In this document: in pieces, positions 48,414 through 58,264 of the stretch | Layout: each line of letters begins with the position of its first letter | Numbering within the stretch: the first letter of the stretch is position 1 | Assembly: GCA_965214405.1 (NCBI GenBank) | Contig: OZ243956.1 | Span: 3,360,001-3,424,000, forward strand | Direction of reading: 5' to 3' | Source: Trueperaceae bacterium | GTDB lineage: Bacteria > Deinococcota > Deinococci > Deinococcales > Trueperaceae | Length of the DNA: 64,000 nt | Notes under the pieces: generated by a model | Databases searched by the model: none | What the model was told of the DNA's origin: nothing | Seen by the model: the letters and a program-made list of their open reading frames with translations, nothing else | Program-made: the position numbers and the translations under genes

Positions 48414-48811
48414 AGCTCGTTCTCGACACCAACGTACTGATTGCGGCCTTTGTTTCGCGCGGTGTGTGCCACGAACTGCTCGAGCATTGCGCACGGCAGC
48501 ACGAACTCGTGACCTCGGATAAAATTCTGGGAGAGTTTGAGGAAAAGCTGCTTTACAAGTTCAAGGTGCCTTACGCCGAGGCTCGAGAGGCCGTAGATCT
48601 GATAACTCTCACTATGCAATTGGTCACCCCCGAACCCCTAGAGGTCGCCGTTTGCCGAGACCCGGACGACGATTGGGTACTCGCCACCGCAGCGGCGGGA
48701 GGGTGTACGTGCCTCGTAACCGGAGATAAAGACCTGCTCGTTGTGAAGTCGTTTCAAGGCGTGACTATTTTGGCACCTTCTGAGTTCTGGGCGTATGAGG
48801 CTGCTCAGTAG
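48410..48811 (+). CDS. PIN-domain toxin
   Basis: VLDTNVLI, CRDPDDD, VTGDKDLL motifs. Confidence 0.9.
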   Translation: MKLVLDTNVLIAAFVSRGVCHELLEHCARQHELVTSDKILGEFEEKLLYKFKVPYAEAREAVDLITLTMQLVTPEPLEVAVCRDPDDDWVLATAAAGGCTCLVTGDKDLLVVKSFQGVTILAPSEFWAYEAAQ

Positions 48812-48837
48812 GACTCGCATTGGGTGGCGATGAAGCT

Positions 48838-48906
48838 GCTCGAGCCCCAGCGGTTCATCAAGCCTTGTCCACCGTCAAAAGGTGCGGTTACAGAGATAGT
48901 TTTCAC
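48838..48906 (-). repeat. Repeat copy R2: frameshifted antitoxin 5' fragment
   Basis: GTG AAA ACT ATC TCT GTA ACC GCA...; short deletion relative to R3; ends at GCTCGAGC. Confidence 0.85.
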
Positions 48907-48916
48907 GAAAACTGCT

Positions 48917-49419
48917 TCAATCCGACTCACCAGCTAACCGTAGCATCAGTTGAACGGTATGCGGACTCACTCGGAATCCCAAAGCTTTTAGTTTGTCAAT
49001 CACTGGCAAGATAGCCTCGATAAGTTGCGCTCGTTTAGCGTCGAGCAGAAGCCCCAACGTACCTGTAAAGGGAATATTCAGAGCCTGTGCGAAGTTTCGC
49101 GCCAATCTATCGTCCAAAACACTTATGTACCCAGCTTGCTCGAGGGCGAGGGCTAACACTTCTACCTCTCCTTTACCCAAATCTGTGACGAGGGGTAAGA
49201 CGGATAAACTCTTTGGACGTTGAATGGTAAGCCACTCGAGCTCCCTTACCTTTGGAACATTCACACCCACGGCGCTTCCGGCCTCGAGCTCGGAAACAAC
49301 CGCTTCAGGCACAAGAATCTCTTCGGCTAATTCACCAAGACAGACAGAAGTTCTAGCTGGTGCAGGTACTGTAGAGGCGACGTGTTGCAAATAAGCTTGG
49401 GCGGGGCGAGTTTAGGCAA
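48917..49419 (-). pseudogene. DUF3368 (PIN-like) toxin, frameshifted
   Basis: TTG-start frame MPKLAPPKLICNTSPLQYLHQL...* switches frame near 49335 into ELAEEILVPEAV...LGKGEVE...LDDRLAR...GTLGLL. Confidence 0.8.
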
Positions 49420-49666
49420 GGCGTGTCTCGAGCCCAAACGTTTCATCCGTCAGGTCGAAACTATCTACGCCGTAGTCTGCTAACTTCGTCAAAAAAAGAG
49501 GTTTGGGTATGCCCGCCAAGGTAGCGGCTGCGCCCGCTGACAATCTACCCAGCTCATAGAGTTTCATGGCGGCAGCCAAGCGCAACTCGCTCGCCATCTC
49601 GTCGGGCATAAGCTTGAGGCTCAAAAGGCTTTCTGAGGGTATCTCGAGGATGATTTGTTCAGTCAT
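49412..49666 (-). CDS. UPF0175 family antitoxin
   Basis: ELRLAAAMKLYELGRLSAGAAATLAG motif; overlaps the DUF3368 gene. Confidence 0.88.
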   Translation of the reverse strand: MTEQIILEIPSESLLSLKLMPDEMASELRLAAAMKLYELGRLSAGAAATLAGIPKPLFLTKLADYGVDSFDLTDETFGLETRLA

Positions 49667-49681
49667 ACCAAAGTGTACTTG

Positions 49682-49792
49682 CTAAGGGCCGAACCAGCGT
49701 GATTTTGGCTCGAGAGGGGGCTCGAGCCTCAGCGGTTCATCAAGCCTTATATGTTCACCGTCAAAGTGTGCGGTTACAGAGATGGTTTTCAT
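49682..49792 (-). pseudogene. Repeat copy R3: truncated antitoxin-like ORF (36 aa) with its own promoter
   Basis: MKTISVTAHFDGEHIRLDEPLRLEP (DUF104/AbrB-like start); TATAAT 6 nt upstream; runs into tandem CTCGAG sites and a stop. Confidence 0.65.
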
Positions 49793-49920
49793 GTATGAAT
49801 TATAGCAAGGAAGCAGTGGTTTGAGATTCGAGCTTGTGAGTACCAACCCCAGTGAATAATCTAGCCCAAAACCTCCGAAAGAATCTTGTGGAACCAATCA
49901 GCGCCACTTGCAGCGTTTGG

Positions 49921-50388
49921 TTAGGTAGCAGACACATTAGTAACTGAAAGCCGGTACAACCAAGGTAGGTCATAAAGAACAACCCACGCCAAGTAGATGA
50001 TGCTGATTCCAAAGGATAAAGAATCTTTGCGTAGCACGCTCAGCGCTTGAACCAACACCAAGACAGCAAAACCAACAGTAACCCAAAAAGTGAGGTTCAG
50101 GTTGCGTGTTCCGAAAAAGAACAAATTCCAAACTTCATTGCCGATAACTACAGCCGCGCTAAGCACAACAGCTATCACTAAACCCTGAGTGAATGTTCTG
50201 AAGATAATAATGCCGTAACCTAAGTAAACGAGAAAGGCAACAATAACAGACCCCCATAGAGGAAGCTTAAACCAGGGATGATTGAGTTCACCATACCAAG
50301 TCATTGCACTTTTTGTAACAAAGACATTACCCACCACGGCAGCCAGTAAAGGAATAAGGATTGCTATCGTCAATGCACGCCAGTTCAT
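49921..50388 (-). CDS. TspO/MBR family tryptophan-rich sensory protein
   Basis: WYGELNHPWF.LP, WNLFFFG, YLAWV; markedly AT-rich. Confidence 0.78.
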   Translation of the reverse strand: MNWRALTIAILIPLLAAVVGNVFVTKSAMTWYGELNHPWFKLPLWGSVIVAFLVYLGYGIIIFRTFTQGLVIAVVLSAAVVIGNEVWNLFFFGTRNLNLTFWVTVGFAVLVLVQALSVLRKDSLSFGISIIYLAWVVLYDLPWLYRLSVTNVSAT

Positions 50389-50406
50389 ATTGTCACCCGA
50401 CAATCC

Positions 50407-51177
50407 TCACACCTCCCCCAAATACGCCCGCTTCATCGCCTCATTGTTCAAAAGCTCCTTCGCCGGACCCGACAACACCACCTCGCCGGTTTGCAGCACG
50501 TAACCCCTGTCGGCAATCGACAGCGCCACGTTGGCGTTCTGCTCGACCACGAACACGCTGATGCCGCGCTCGTTGACCTGCTTAATAATCTGGAAAATCT
50601 TTTCGACGAAGAGGGGCGCGAGTCCCATCGAGGGCTCGTCCATGAGGATGAGCTTGGGGCGGCTCATCAAAGCGCGGCCCATCGCCAGCATCTGCTGTTC
50701 GCCGCCCGACATGGTGCCGCCCATCTGGCCTACGCGCTCAGAAAGGCGGGGGAAGAGGCCGAATACATAGTCCATGTCCTCGCGGATGGCCTTGCGGTCG
50801 TCGCGGAGGTAGGAACCCATCTCGAGGTTCTCCTTCACCGTCATCTTGGGAAATATCCGGCGGTTCTCGGGCACCACCGCCATGCCGCGCTGGATGCGCC
50901 CGGCGGTGTCGAGCGTGTCGGCGCGTTCGCCGCGGAAGTACATCTCGCCCTCGGACACGCGCACGAGGCCCAGGATGGTCTTGAGCGTGGTGGACTTGCC
51001 CGAGGCGTTGCCGCCCAGCAAGCAGACCATCTCGCCGGGGTGGATGACCATGTCCACGTTGTGAAGGACGCGGATGGGGCCGTAGTGGGTGGTGACTTTG
51101 TTCAGCTCGAGCAGCTTCTCGCGCTCTTGATGGTCTTTGGGTGACGCTGTTTTTGAATATGAGGCTACGTGTGACAT
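50407..51177 (-). CDS. livF: Branched-chain amino acid ABC ATPase
   Basis: GGNASGKS, MSGGEQQM, MDEPSMGL motifs. Confidence 0.9.
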   Translation of the reverse strand: MSHVASYSKTASPKDHQEREKLLELNKVTTHYGPIRVLHNVDMVIHPGEMVCLLGGNASGKSTTLKTILGLVRVSEGEMYFRGERADTLDTAGRIQRGMAVVPENRRIFPKMTVKENLEMGSYLRDDRKAIREDMDYVFGLFPRLSERVGQMGGTMSGGEQQMLAMGRALMSRPKLILMDEPSMGLAPLFVEKIFQIIKQVNERGISVFVVEQNANVALSIADRGYVLQTGEVVLSGPAKELLNNEAMKRAYLGEV

Positions 51178-51986
51178 TACAAAATCTCCGCTTCGTCGGC
51201 TTGGGGCTCGCTCTTTTCTTCGGCTTTTTTGCCCAAGTAAGCCTCGATGACTTTAGGGTCGTTCACAACCTCTTGATAGGAGCCCTCGGCTATTTTTTGC
51301 CCGTAGTCGAGGACGATGACGCGGTCGCTGATGTCGCCGACCAGGTTCATCTTGTGCTCGACCAAAAGAATGGTGTAGCCACCCTCGTCGCGCATCCGGC
51401 GGATGATGTCGGTGACCTCGCCCGTTTCTTTGGGGTTCATCCCGGCGCTGGGTTCGTCCAGCAAGAGCAGTTTGGCCCCCGTCGCCATCGCTCGAGCCAT
51501 CTCGGTGCGGCGGCGGTTGGCGTAGGAGAGGACGTAGACGGGCTGGTGGAGGCGAAAACTCATGAGGCGCGGGCCGAAAAAAGCGAGCTTTTCGAGGGCC
51601 ACCTCGCGCATCTCGCGTTCTCTGCGCCTATAGCCGGGGGTGCGGAACACCGCCGAGAGCCAGGTCGAGTGCATCTTGTGGTGCTGCGGGATGAGGACAT
51701 TATCTAAAACAGACAGGTTGGTAAAGAGCCGCAAATTCTGAAAGGTGCGGGCGACACCCACGTCTACAATCTGGTTGGGCTTTTTCCCCACCAGCGAGCG
51801 GCCCTGGAAGCGGATGTCGCCCGAGGAGGGTTTGTACACGCCCGTGATGAGGTTGAAAAGCGTCGTCTTGCCCGCGCCGTTGGGGCCGATGACCGAGACG
51901 ATTTCGCCTTCAGCGACGTTGAACGACAGGTCGGTCGTCGCCTGGAGGCCGCCGAAGAATTTGTTGACGTTGTCTACCTCGAGCAC
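51177..51986 (-). CDS. livG: Branched-chain amino acid ABC ATPase
   Basis: GPNGAGKT, RTFQN, LDEPSAG motifs. Confidence 0.9.
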   Translation of the reverse strand: MLEVDNVNKFFGGLQATTDLSFNVAEGEIVSVIGPNGAGKTTLFNLITGVYKPSSGDIRFQGRSLVGKKPNQIVDVGVARTFQNLRLFTNLSVLDNVLIPQHHKMHSTWLSAVFRTPGYRRREREMREVALEKLAFFGPRLMSFRLHQPVYVLSYANRRRTEMARAMATGAKLLLLDEPSAGMNPKETGEVTDIIRRMRDEGGYTILLVEHKMNLVGDISDRVIVLDYGQKIAEGSYQEVVNDPKVIEAYLGKKAEEKSEPQADEAEIL

Positions 51987-53459
51987 TCAGACCTCCGGGT
52001 CCTGCTCACGCGGGTCGGGCGCGCGGCTCTCGTTCTCACCCTCGTCTTCGTTGGCGAAGGCCGCGGTCTTGTCCTTGTTAAGCGCGGGGTTGGTGAGCCA
52101 GGCATCTTGCGCGCGCTCCTCATCAGAAGGTTCGTCGCGGCGCTCGCGCAAAAGGGCGGCCCAGGAGAATTCAAAGCGGCCCATTAAACCCTCCGGCCGA
52201 AACACCATGATGACGATGAGGATGACCGACAAGAGGATGGCGCGCAGGCCGAAACCCTGAAAGGTGCCCTCCAACACGCCTAAGCTCGGGGCGAGGAACG
52301 CGCCGACGATGGCGAGCACGCCCAAACCTGCGAGGGTGTAAACGCCGTAGTGAAGCCTCGGCCTGAGCCGCCGCGCATTGCGGTAGAGGAACAGCCCGCC
52401 CGCCGCCGCGAGGAGCACCAGCCCGCCCGCCGTGAGCCAGGTGGTTAGCGCGTAGGCCTCCTCGACCGGGTCGCCGTACTGCCGCACGAACACGACCAAG
52501 GCCGTGCCCAAGAGCACCCCGGTAATCGAGCCCGTCCCGCCCACCGAAATCGCCACCAAGAAAAAGAAGGTGAGGGTGAACAAAAATACATCTAAACGCG
52601 CCGTCGCCAGCCACGACACCCACAGCCCCCCGGCGATGCCCGCGAAAAAGGCGGACAGGGTAAAGGCCAAAACTTTGTGGTAGGCAAGGTTCACGCCCAT
52701 CGCCTCGGCGGCGATTTCGTCCTCGCGGATGCTTTGCAGGGCGCGGCCGTAAGACGAGAATTTGAGCTTGCTCATCACGAACACGGTGAGGCCTAAAAAA
52801 AGAAACGTCCACCAGACGCTCTTGCCAAAGCTCGAGGGCACCCCCGCATACCCGAGCGACCCGTTGGTAAAGGGCGCGAGCAGGCTCGTCGAGGCCAAAA
52901 GCCGGATAATCTCGCCAAAGCCAAAGGTAACAATGGCTAGATAGTCGCCGCGCAACCGCAAACTCGGGATGCCGACGATGAGGCCGAACACCGCCGCCAC
53001 CAAACCGCCGATAAAGAGCGCGAGGATGAAGCGCACCCACAGCGTCTCGGGCGTGGCGAGCGCGTCCAAGCCGAGGGCGCGCATCCAGTTTTCAATGCTC
53101 AGGCCCAAGGTAAAGTCGTTCATCTGGCTCCGCGCGCTCGTGGCGATGCGCGTGCGGGAGCCCTCGGGCAGGATGAGCAGCGCCGCCGTGTAACCGCCGA
53201 CGAGCATAAACCCGTGGTGGCCCAGCGACAAGATGCCGGTGGTGCCGTTGATGAGGTTTAAGCTCACCGCCGCCACGCCCCAGATAGCGAACAAGGCCAC
53301 CGCCTGCACGAGCTTGGTGGAGCCGCTTGTGTCAACCAAATAGAGGAGCACCGCCAGCAGGCCCAAACCCAACAACGTCAGCACGATGTTGCGCGTGCGC
53401 TTGTCCTCGTTCATAAGTTTTTCGGAGGCGCGCAGGCGCTCTTTAGACGCGGTGCTCAT
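51987..53459 (-). CDS. livM: Branched-chain amino acid ABC permease
   Basis: LRLRGDYLAIVTFGFGEIIR, IREDEIAA motifs. Confidence 0.9.
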   Translation of the reverse strand: MSTASKERLRASEKLMNEDKRTRNIVLTLLGLGLLAVLLYLVDTSGSTKLVQAVALFAIWGVAAVSLNLINGTTGILSLGHHGFMLVGGYTAALLILPEGSRTRIATSARSQMNDFTLGLSIENWMRALGLDALATPETLWVRFILALFIGGLVAAVFGLIVGIPSLRLRGDYLAIVTFGFGEIIRLLASTSLLAPFTNGSLGYAGVPSSFGKSVWWTFLFLGLTVFVMSKLKFSSYGRALQSIREDEIAAEAMGVNLAYHKVLAFTLSAFFAGIAGGLWVSWLATARLDVFLFTLTFFFLVAISVGGTGSITGVLLGTALVVFVRQYGDPVEEAYALTTWLTAGGLVLLAAAGGLFLYRNARRLRPRLHYGVYTLAGLGVLAIVGAFLAPSLGVLEGTFQGFGLRAILLSVILIVIMVFRPEGLMGRFEFSWAALLRERRDEPSDEERAQDAWLTNPALNKDKTAAFANEDEGENESRAPDPREQDPEV

Positions 53460-54676
53460 TACACCTTCTCCGACAAGTCTTCACCGATGATGCCGCTCGG
53501 TTTAACGAGCAAAATCACGATGAGGAGCACGAACGCAAACGTATCTTTGTACTCGGTAATGCCTGCAAAGTCGGGCGTGCGCGGGAAGATGGCGGTCAAA
53601 AAGTTTTCCAAGAATCCCAGCAGGAGCCCGCCGATGACCGCGCCAGGCAAACTCCCGATGCCGCCGATGACGGCCGCCGCGAACGCCTTGATGCCCGGCA
53701 GGATACCGAACACCGCGGGCTGGTTGAGCGAGCCGAAGCTCATGCCCCAAAGCACCCCCGCCGCCGCCGCGAGCATCGAGCCCAAAAGGAAGGTGGTGGC
53801 GATAACCCGGTTTACGTCCACGCCCATCATTTGCGCGACTTCGGGGTCCTGGGCGGACGCGCGCATCGCCTTGCCCAAGCGGGTGCGGTTGACAAAAAGC
53901 GTGAGCGACACGACCAAAACGGCGGTGAGTACGGGCACGAGCACGACCATCCAGCTCGTAAAGACGGTTTCACCCGCTACGTCAAAGCGCAAGAAGTCCG
54001 TCCAAAAGGTGTCGGGGCGGTAGGGCGTCTGCCCCTGCGTAAAAGCCAAGAGCCCAAAGTTTTGCAGAAAAAAAGACATGGCGATGGCGGTAATAAGGAG
54101 CGAGATGCGCGGCGCGCCCCGCAGGGGCCGGTAGGCGATGCGGTCTAAAAGCACCCCCACCACGCCTGTAATAAGCATACTCAAGATAAGCGCCCAGATC
54201 CAGCCCAGCGAAGCCACGCTCAGCGCGATGGTGAGGCCGACCAAAGCTACGCCGCCGCCCGCGAGAACGAAGGGGTCGGTCATGCTGCCGCGCCAGAAGT
54301 TGAGCACGTACATGGTGCCTAAAGCCGCCAGCGCCGCGGTAAAGAGCGCCCAGGGGAGGCTGTAGGGCGCGCCGCTAAAGATGAAAAATGACACGAACGC
54401 GCCCACCATAAAGATTTCGCCGTGCGCAAAATTGATAAGCCGGATGATGCCATAGACCATCGTGTAGCCGAGCGCGATGAGCGCGTAGAGGCTGCCGAGC
54501 TGAAAAGAGGAAAAGAAAGCCCCCACGAAATCGGCCAGGGCGCGCACCTCGGCCACGTAGACGAGGTAGTAGATGCGGCCCATGACGAGCGCCAGAAGGA
54601 GTAAAAGGAGGAGCCAGGGGGTGGTGTTGAACCGTCTCTTTTGCCTGGAGAGCGTAGAAGCTGCCAAGGGGGTCAC
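53459..54676 (-). CDS. livH: Branched-chain amino acid ABC permease
   Basis: YALIALGYTMVYGIIRLINFAHGE, KAFAAAVIGGIGS motifs. Confidence 0.9.
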   Translation of the reverse strand: MTPLAASTLSRQKRRFNTTPWLLLLLLLALVMGRIYYLVYVAEVRALADFVGAFFSSFQLGSLYALIALGYTMVYGIIRLINFAHGEIFMVGAFVSFFIFSGAPYSLPWALFTAALAALGTMYVLNFWRGSMTDPFVLAGGGVALVGLTIALSVASLGWIWALILSMLITGVVGVLLDRIAYRPLRGAPRISLLITAIAMSFFLQNFGLLAFTQGQTPYRPDTFWTDFLRFDVAGETVFTSWMVVLVPVLTAVLVVSLTLFVNRTRLGKAMRASAQDPEVAQMMGVDVNRVIATTFLLGSMLAAAAGVLWGMSFGSLNQPAVFGILPGIKAFAAAVIGGIGSLPGAVIGGLLLGFLENFLTAIFPRTPDFAGITEYKDTFAFVLLIVILLVKPSGIIGEDLSEKV

Positions 54677-54890
54677 CTCGTAAGATAAAGTTTTTGTAGT
54701 GTACCATCCAGAAAGCTCGAGCCTACGGGTTTTTATAATCTCAAACTCATAGCTTTGATTTTATGACTGCTCGAAAATAGCTGTGGACGGAGCGCCAATA
54801 AAACTGAGTAGCCGGACCTCCCAATATGTTTTGCAACACATCACTATTCCCAGAACGTTTTGAGACACCCTTACGTTGAAGCGCTACTGA

Positions 54891-54917
54891 AAAGGGGCGG
54901 GATGACCCCGCCCCTTC
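54891..54917 (-). terminator. Hairpin terminator after the SBP gene
   Basis: AAGGGGCGGG-atgac-CCCGCCCCTT with TTTT on the minus strand. Confidence 0.6.
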
Positions 54918-54948
54918 TACTGTTTCGTGATTGGAGTGCGCTCGAGCC

Positions 54949-56208
54949 TTAGCCCCCCGTGCCGCCTGTCATGTCCATCTCGCCGCCCGTACCGCCGTCC
55001 ATGTCACCGTCCATGTCACCGTCCATGTCACCGTCCATGTCACCGTCCATGTCCCCTTCACCCTCGCCCGTGGTGAGGCCGAACAGGGGCGTTTTGTCCC
55101 AGCCCTGCTCGTTGTCCGCGGGGACGACGTACTCGAACACGCCGATGGTGCGGTTCGCGGGGGTGCCGTCGGTGCCCGCGTAGGTGATGTCGCCGGAGAC
55201 GCCCGCGTAGCCCGCGATGTTGGCGAGCGCGTCGCGCACAGCGGCGTTCTCGGCGTCGTCGGCTTGAGCGATGGCCTCGACGAGCACGCTGTAGGAGTCG
55301 GCGGCCGCCAGGGTAAAGCCGTTAAAGTCGGTGCCCGCGGGCGCAACCTCGTCAAAAAAGGTCTGGAACTCGCGCGCGCGCGTCGCCGCCTCGTCCGAGA
55401 GCTGTTCGGGCGTGCCGAAAGCGGTAAAGAGCACGCCGTCAAAGGCCTCGCCGCCGCCCACGGGGCACTGCGAGTCGTCGGAAGCGTCGGCGGCGAGCAC
55501 CTGCTGGTCGAAGCCCTGCTGGCGGAGCTGCGGCAGCAAGGACGCGCCCTCGGCGCAGAAGCCCGCGAAGTAAATAACGTCGGGCTCAAAGCCGCGCAGG
55601 TCGTTGAGCTGCGCGGAGAAATCCACCGTGTTGGCGACGTAGTCGAGCACCAATGTTTCGCCGCCCAAGTTCTGGAACTCCTCGTCGAAAAAGCCCGCCA
55701 AGCCGAACGAATAGTCGTCGTCTTGCTGGCGGAACACCGCGGCGCGCTGCGCGCCAATCTCGTCAAAAGCGTAGTCCGCGGCGAGCCGACCCTGGAAATC
55801 GTCGGTGTAGGCCATGCGGAAGATGTAGTCGCCGATCTGCGTCGTCGCGGGGTTCGTGGACGAGGTCGAGATCATGGTGATGCCCGCGGGTTGCAACACC
55901 TCGGCGGCGGGGATGCTCATGGAGCTGGCAATCGCGCCGAGCACGCCCACGACGCCCTCGTCGACAAAGCGGTTGGCGCAGGCTACCGAGCCCTCGACCG
56001 TGGTGGCGTTGTCGCAGACGGAGAGCTCGATGGGGCGACCCAGCACCTCCGACTGCTCTTGAGCCGCGGTGCGGATGCCCTCCAAGGCCGAGTTGCCAAT
56101 CTGCGCGAAGCGGCCCGAAAGCTCTAAGTTGACCCCGACGCGAATAGGCTCCTGCGCCATAGCGAGACCCAGCAAGAGAACGGCAAGGGACGCAAAAAAT
56201 CTCTTCAT
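54949..56208 (-). CDS. livK: Branched-chain amino acid ABC substrate-binding protein with GDMD-repeat tail
   Basis: Signal peptide, STNP, FRMAYTDDFQG; AGGAGG RBS. Confidence 0.88.
   Translation of the reverse strand: MKRFFASLAVLLLGLAMAQEPIRVGVNLELSGRFAQIGNSALEGIRTAAQEQSEVLGRPIELSVCDNATTVEGSVACANRFVDEGVVGVLGAIASSMSIPAAEVLQPAGITMISTSSTNPATTQIGDYIFRMAYTDDFQGRLAADYAFDEIGAQRAAVFRQQDDDYSFGLAGFFDEEFQNLGGETLVLDYVANTVDFSAQLNDLRGFEPDVIYFAGFCAEGASLLPQLRQQGFDQQVLAADASDDSQCPVGGGEAFDGVLFTAFGTPEQLSDEAATRAREFQTFFDEVAPAGTDFNGFTLAAADSYSVLVEAIAQADDAENAAVRDALANIAGYAGVSGDITYAGTDGTPANRTIGVFEYVVPADNEQGWDKTPLFGLTTGEGEGDMDGDMDGDMDGDMDGDMDGGTGGEMDMTGGTGG
54995..55053 (-). repeat. 12-bp tandem repeat x5 encoding (GDMD)5
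   Basis: CCGTCCATGTCA units on the plus strand. Confidence 0.9.
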
Positions 56209-56263
56209 GCTTCCTCCTAAAAAATGATGTCAGGCCTGAGGCCCGAGGGTGTGCTGCCAAAGC

Positions 56264-56292
56264 ATCATAACTGTGAAAAAACTTACTGTCAA
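56264..56292 (-). promoter_or_regulatory. Sigma70 promoter of the liv operon
   Basis: TTGACA-17 bp-TATGAT on the minus strand. Confidence 0.75.
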
Positions 56293-56522
56293 CGCGGTGA
56301 CGGGGTCGCCTCTTCACCGTTTCTTAAAGTGAGTCTCGGCGCGGGCTTTGGGGCACCTCTCGCAATTCGCAGGGGTTTTAGCTGCGAGGGAGTGGGCTCG
56401 AGGTGATACTGACACCCTCTCAATTACCAACCTGAGCGCGCGTACGCTCTTCGCTCGATCATCAAACTCGATCATCAAAAACGTGTATCTGCTCAAAAAA
56501 CGCTTTGCACAAGCCAAAGAGA

Positions 56523-56551
56523 TTGACACGCCACAAAGGCCTGCGTAAAAT
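56523..56551 (+). promoter_or_regulatory. Sigma70 promoter of glnA
   Basis: TTGACA-17 bp-TAAAAT. Confidence 0.75.
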
Positions 56552-56584
56552 TCAACACGACCGGCTTACCGGCAGGAGGTTCTT

Positions 56585-57925
56585 ATGGCCCGCTCGCAAA
56601 CGGATGTTCGCTCGGCGCTTAACGAAGAAGACGTCAAATTCTTGCGCCTGCAGTTCACCGACATCATGGGGACGAACAAAAACGTGGAGGTGCCCGCCTC
56701 TCAGTTCGACAAGGCGCTCGACGGCGAAATCATGTTCGACGGCTCCTCGATTGAGGGTTTTACCCGCATCGAAGAATCCGACATGCTGCTCAAGCCCGAC
56801 TTCAGCACCTTTGTGATTTTTCCCTCCATTATGGAGGACACGGGCCGCGGCAGGGTCGCGCGCCTCATCTGCGACGTGACGTATCCCAACGACGAGCCTT
56901 TCCCCGGCGACCCCCGCTATGTGCTGAGGCGGCAGATCGAGCGCCTGCAAGCGCTCGGCTTCGACAACATGTACGCGGGACCCGAGGCGGAGTTTTTCCT
57001 CTTCCAGCGCGACGCCCAGGGCCGCCCCACCACCATCAGCCACGACGCCGCGGGCTACTTCGACCTCACCCCGGTGGACTTGGGCGAGGAGGCGCGCCGC
57101 GACATGGTCAACGCGCTCGTCGAGATGGGCTTCGAGATCGAGGCCGCACACCACGAGGTCGCGCCGGGCCAGCACGAGATCGACTTTAAGTACGAAGACG
57201 CGATGACCGCCGCCGACAACATCGCCACCTTTAAGCTCGTCGTCAAGCGCGTTGCTCTCAACCACGGCCTCCACGCGACCTTCATGCCCAAACCCGTGGC
57301 GGGCATCAATGGTTCGGGGATGCACACGCACCTTTCGGTCTTTAAGGGGGGCCAGAACGCTTTTTTTGATCCTGATGCCGACTTACAACTCTCGCAAACG
57401 GCGCATAACTGGATTGCGGGACTCTTAGCCCACGCCGAGGGCATGGTCGCCATCACCAATCCCATTGTGAATTCGTACAAACGCCTCACGCCGGGTTTTG
57501 AAGCGCCCACCAACATCGCCTGGTCGGCCTCGAACCGCAGCGCGATGATCCGCATTCCCGCGCGCCGCGGCGCCTCGACCCGCTCCGAACTGCGGATGCC
57601 CGACCCCGCCTGTAACCCTTACCTCGCGCTCGCGGTCATGCTCGCCGCCGGGCTCGACGGCATCGAAAACAACCTCACGCCGCCGCCCGCGATTCAACGC
57701 AACATTTATGAGATGAGCGTGCGCGACCGCCGCAAGTACAAAATTAAAGAGCTGCCCGGCACGCTCCGCGAGGCGGTGGGTGCGCTTCAAAAGGACCGCG
57801 TTATCCGTGACGCCCTGGGCGCGCACGTGTTCGATCACTTTATCGACGCCAAAACCATCGAGTTTGACGACTACCGGGTGACCGTGCATGACTGGGAGTT
57901 GCAGAACTACCTGTCGGAGTATTAA
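56585..57925 (+). CDS. glnA: Glutamine synthetase type I
   Basis: [43 protein letters not shown] motifs. Confidence 0.96.
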   Translation: MARSQTDVRSALNEEDVKFLRLQFTDIMGTNKNVEVPASQFDKALDGEIMFDGSSIEGFTRIEESDMLLKPDFSTFVIFPSIMEDTGRGRVARLICDVTYPNDEPFPGDPRYVLRRQIERLQALGFDNMYAGPEAEFFLFQRDAQGRPTTISHDAAGYFDLTPVDLGEEARRDMVNALVEMGFEIEAAHHEVAPGQHEIDFKYEDAMTAADNIATFKLVVKRVALNHGLHATFMPKPVAGINGSGMHTHLSVFKGGQNAFFDPDADLQLSQTAHNWIAGLLAHAEGMVAITNPIVNSYKRLTPGFEAPTNIAWSASNRSAMIRIPARRGASTRSELRMPDPACNPYLALAVMLAAGLDGIENNLTPPPAIQRNIYEMSVRDRRKYKIKELPGTLREAVGALQKDRVIRDALGAHVFDHFIDAKTIEFDDYRVTVHDWELQNYLSEY

Positions 57926-58073
57926 CGACTCATCTTGCACGTAAGCCGTTGAGAAGAGGCTCGGAACGTCCTGAGCGGTTCAGGACAGGAATAGAGGTAT
58001 AGAGACTGTAGAAGCGTCCCTTTCGTCCCCAGGCTTTTATCATCAAGGCTCTTCGGTAGCGTTCAGAGAGAAG

Positions 58074-58136
58074 AGTACCGAGTGGAAAGTACCGAGTGAG
58101 ACACTCTGAACCCGGTACCCGGTACTCGGTACTTTC
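58074..58136. repeat. Hairpin built from GTACCG-type short repeats
   Basis: AGTACCGAGTG twice; GAAAGTACCGAGT / ACTCGGTACTTTC 13-bp inverted repeat. Confidence 0.6.
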
Positions 58137-58264
58137 GTCCTTAAGGAAGCAGAAACGCGTTCTATAGCTTTCTTTATATTGATCATGATAAAAGCCTGTT
58201 TCGTCCCTTGTCTGTGCTGTTTATGTCATGCTGGGGCGTATGAACGGGAAGGCGGTTTAGGACT

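Noticed and set aside
47987..49792. CRISPR array or classical integron reading of the three repeats
   Set aside because: Repeats are ~75 bp, degenerate, gene-derived and ~850 bp apart; no cas or intI gene and no clear RYYYAAC/GTTRRRY attC boxes
54931..56127. 398-aa ORF with VHVT repeats
   Set aside because: Antisense reading of livK and its 12-bp repeat
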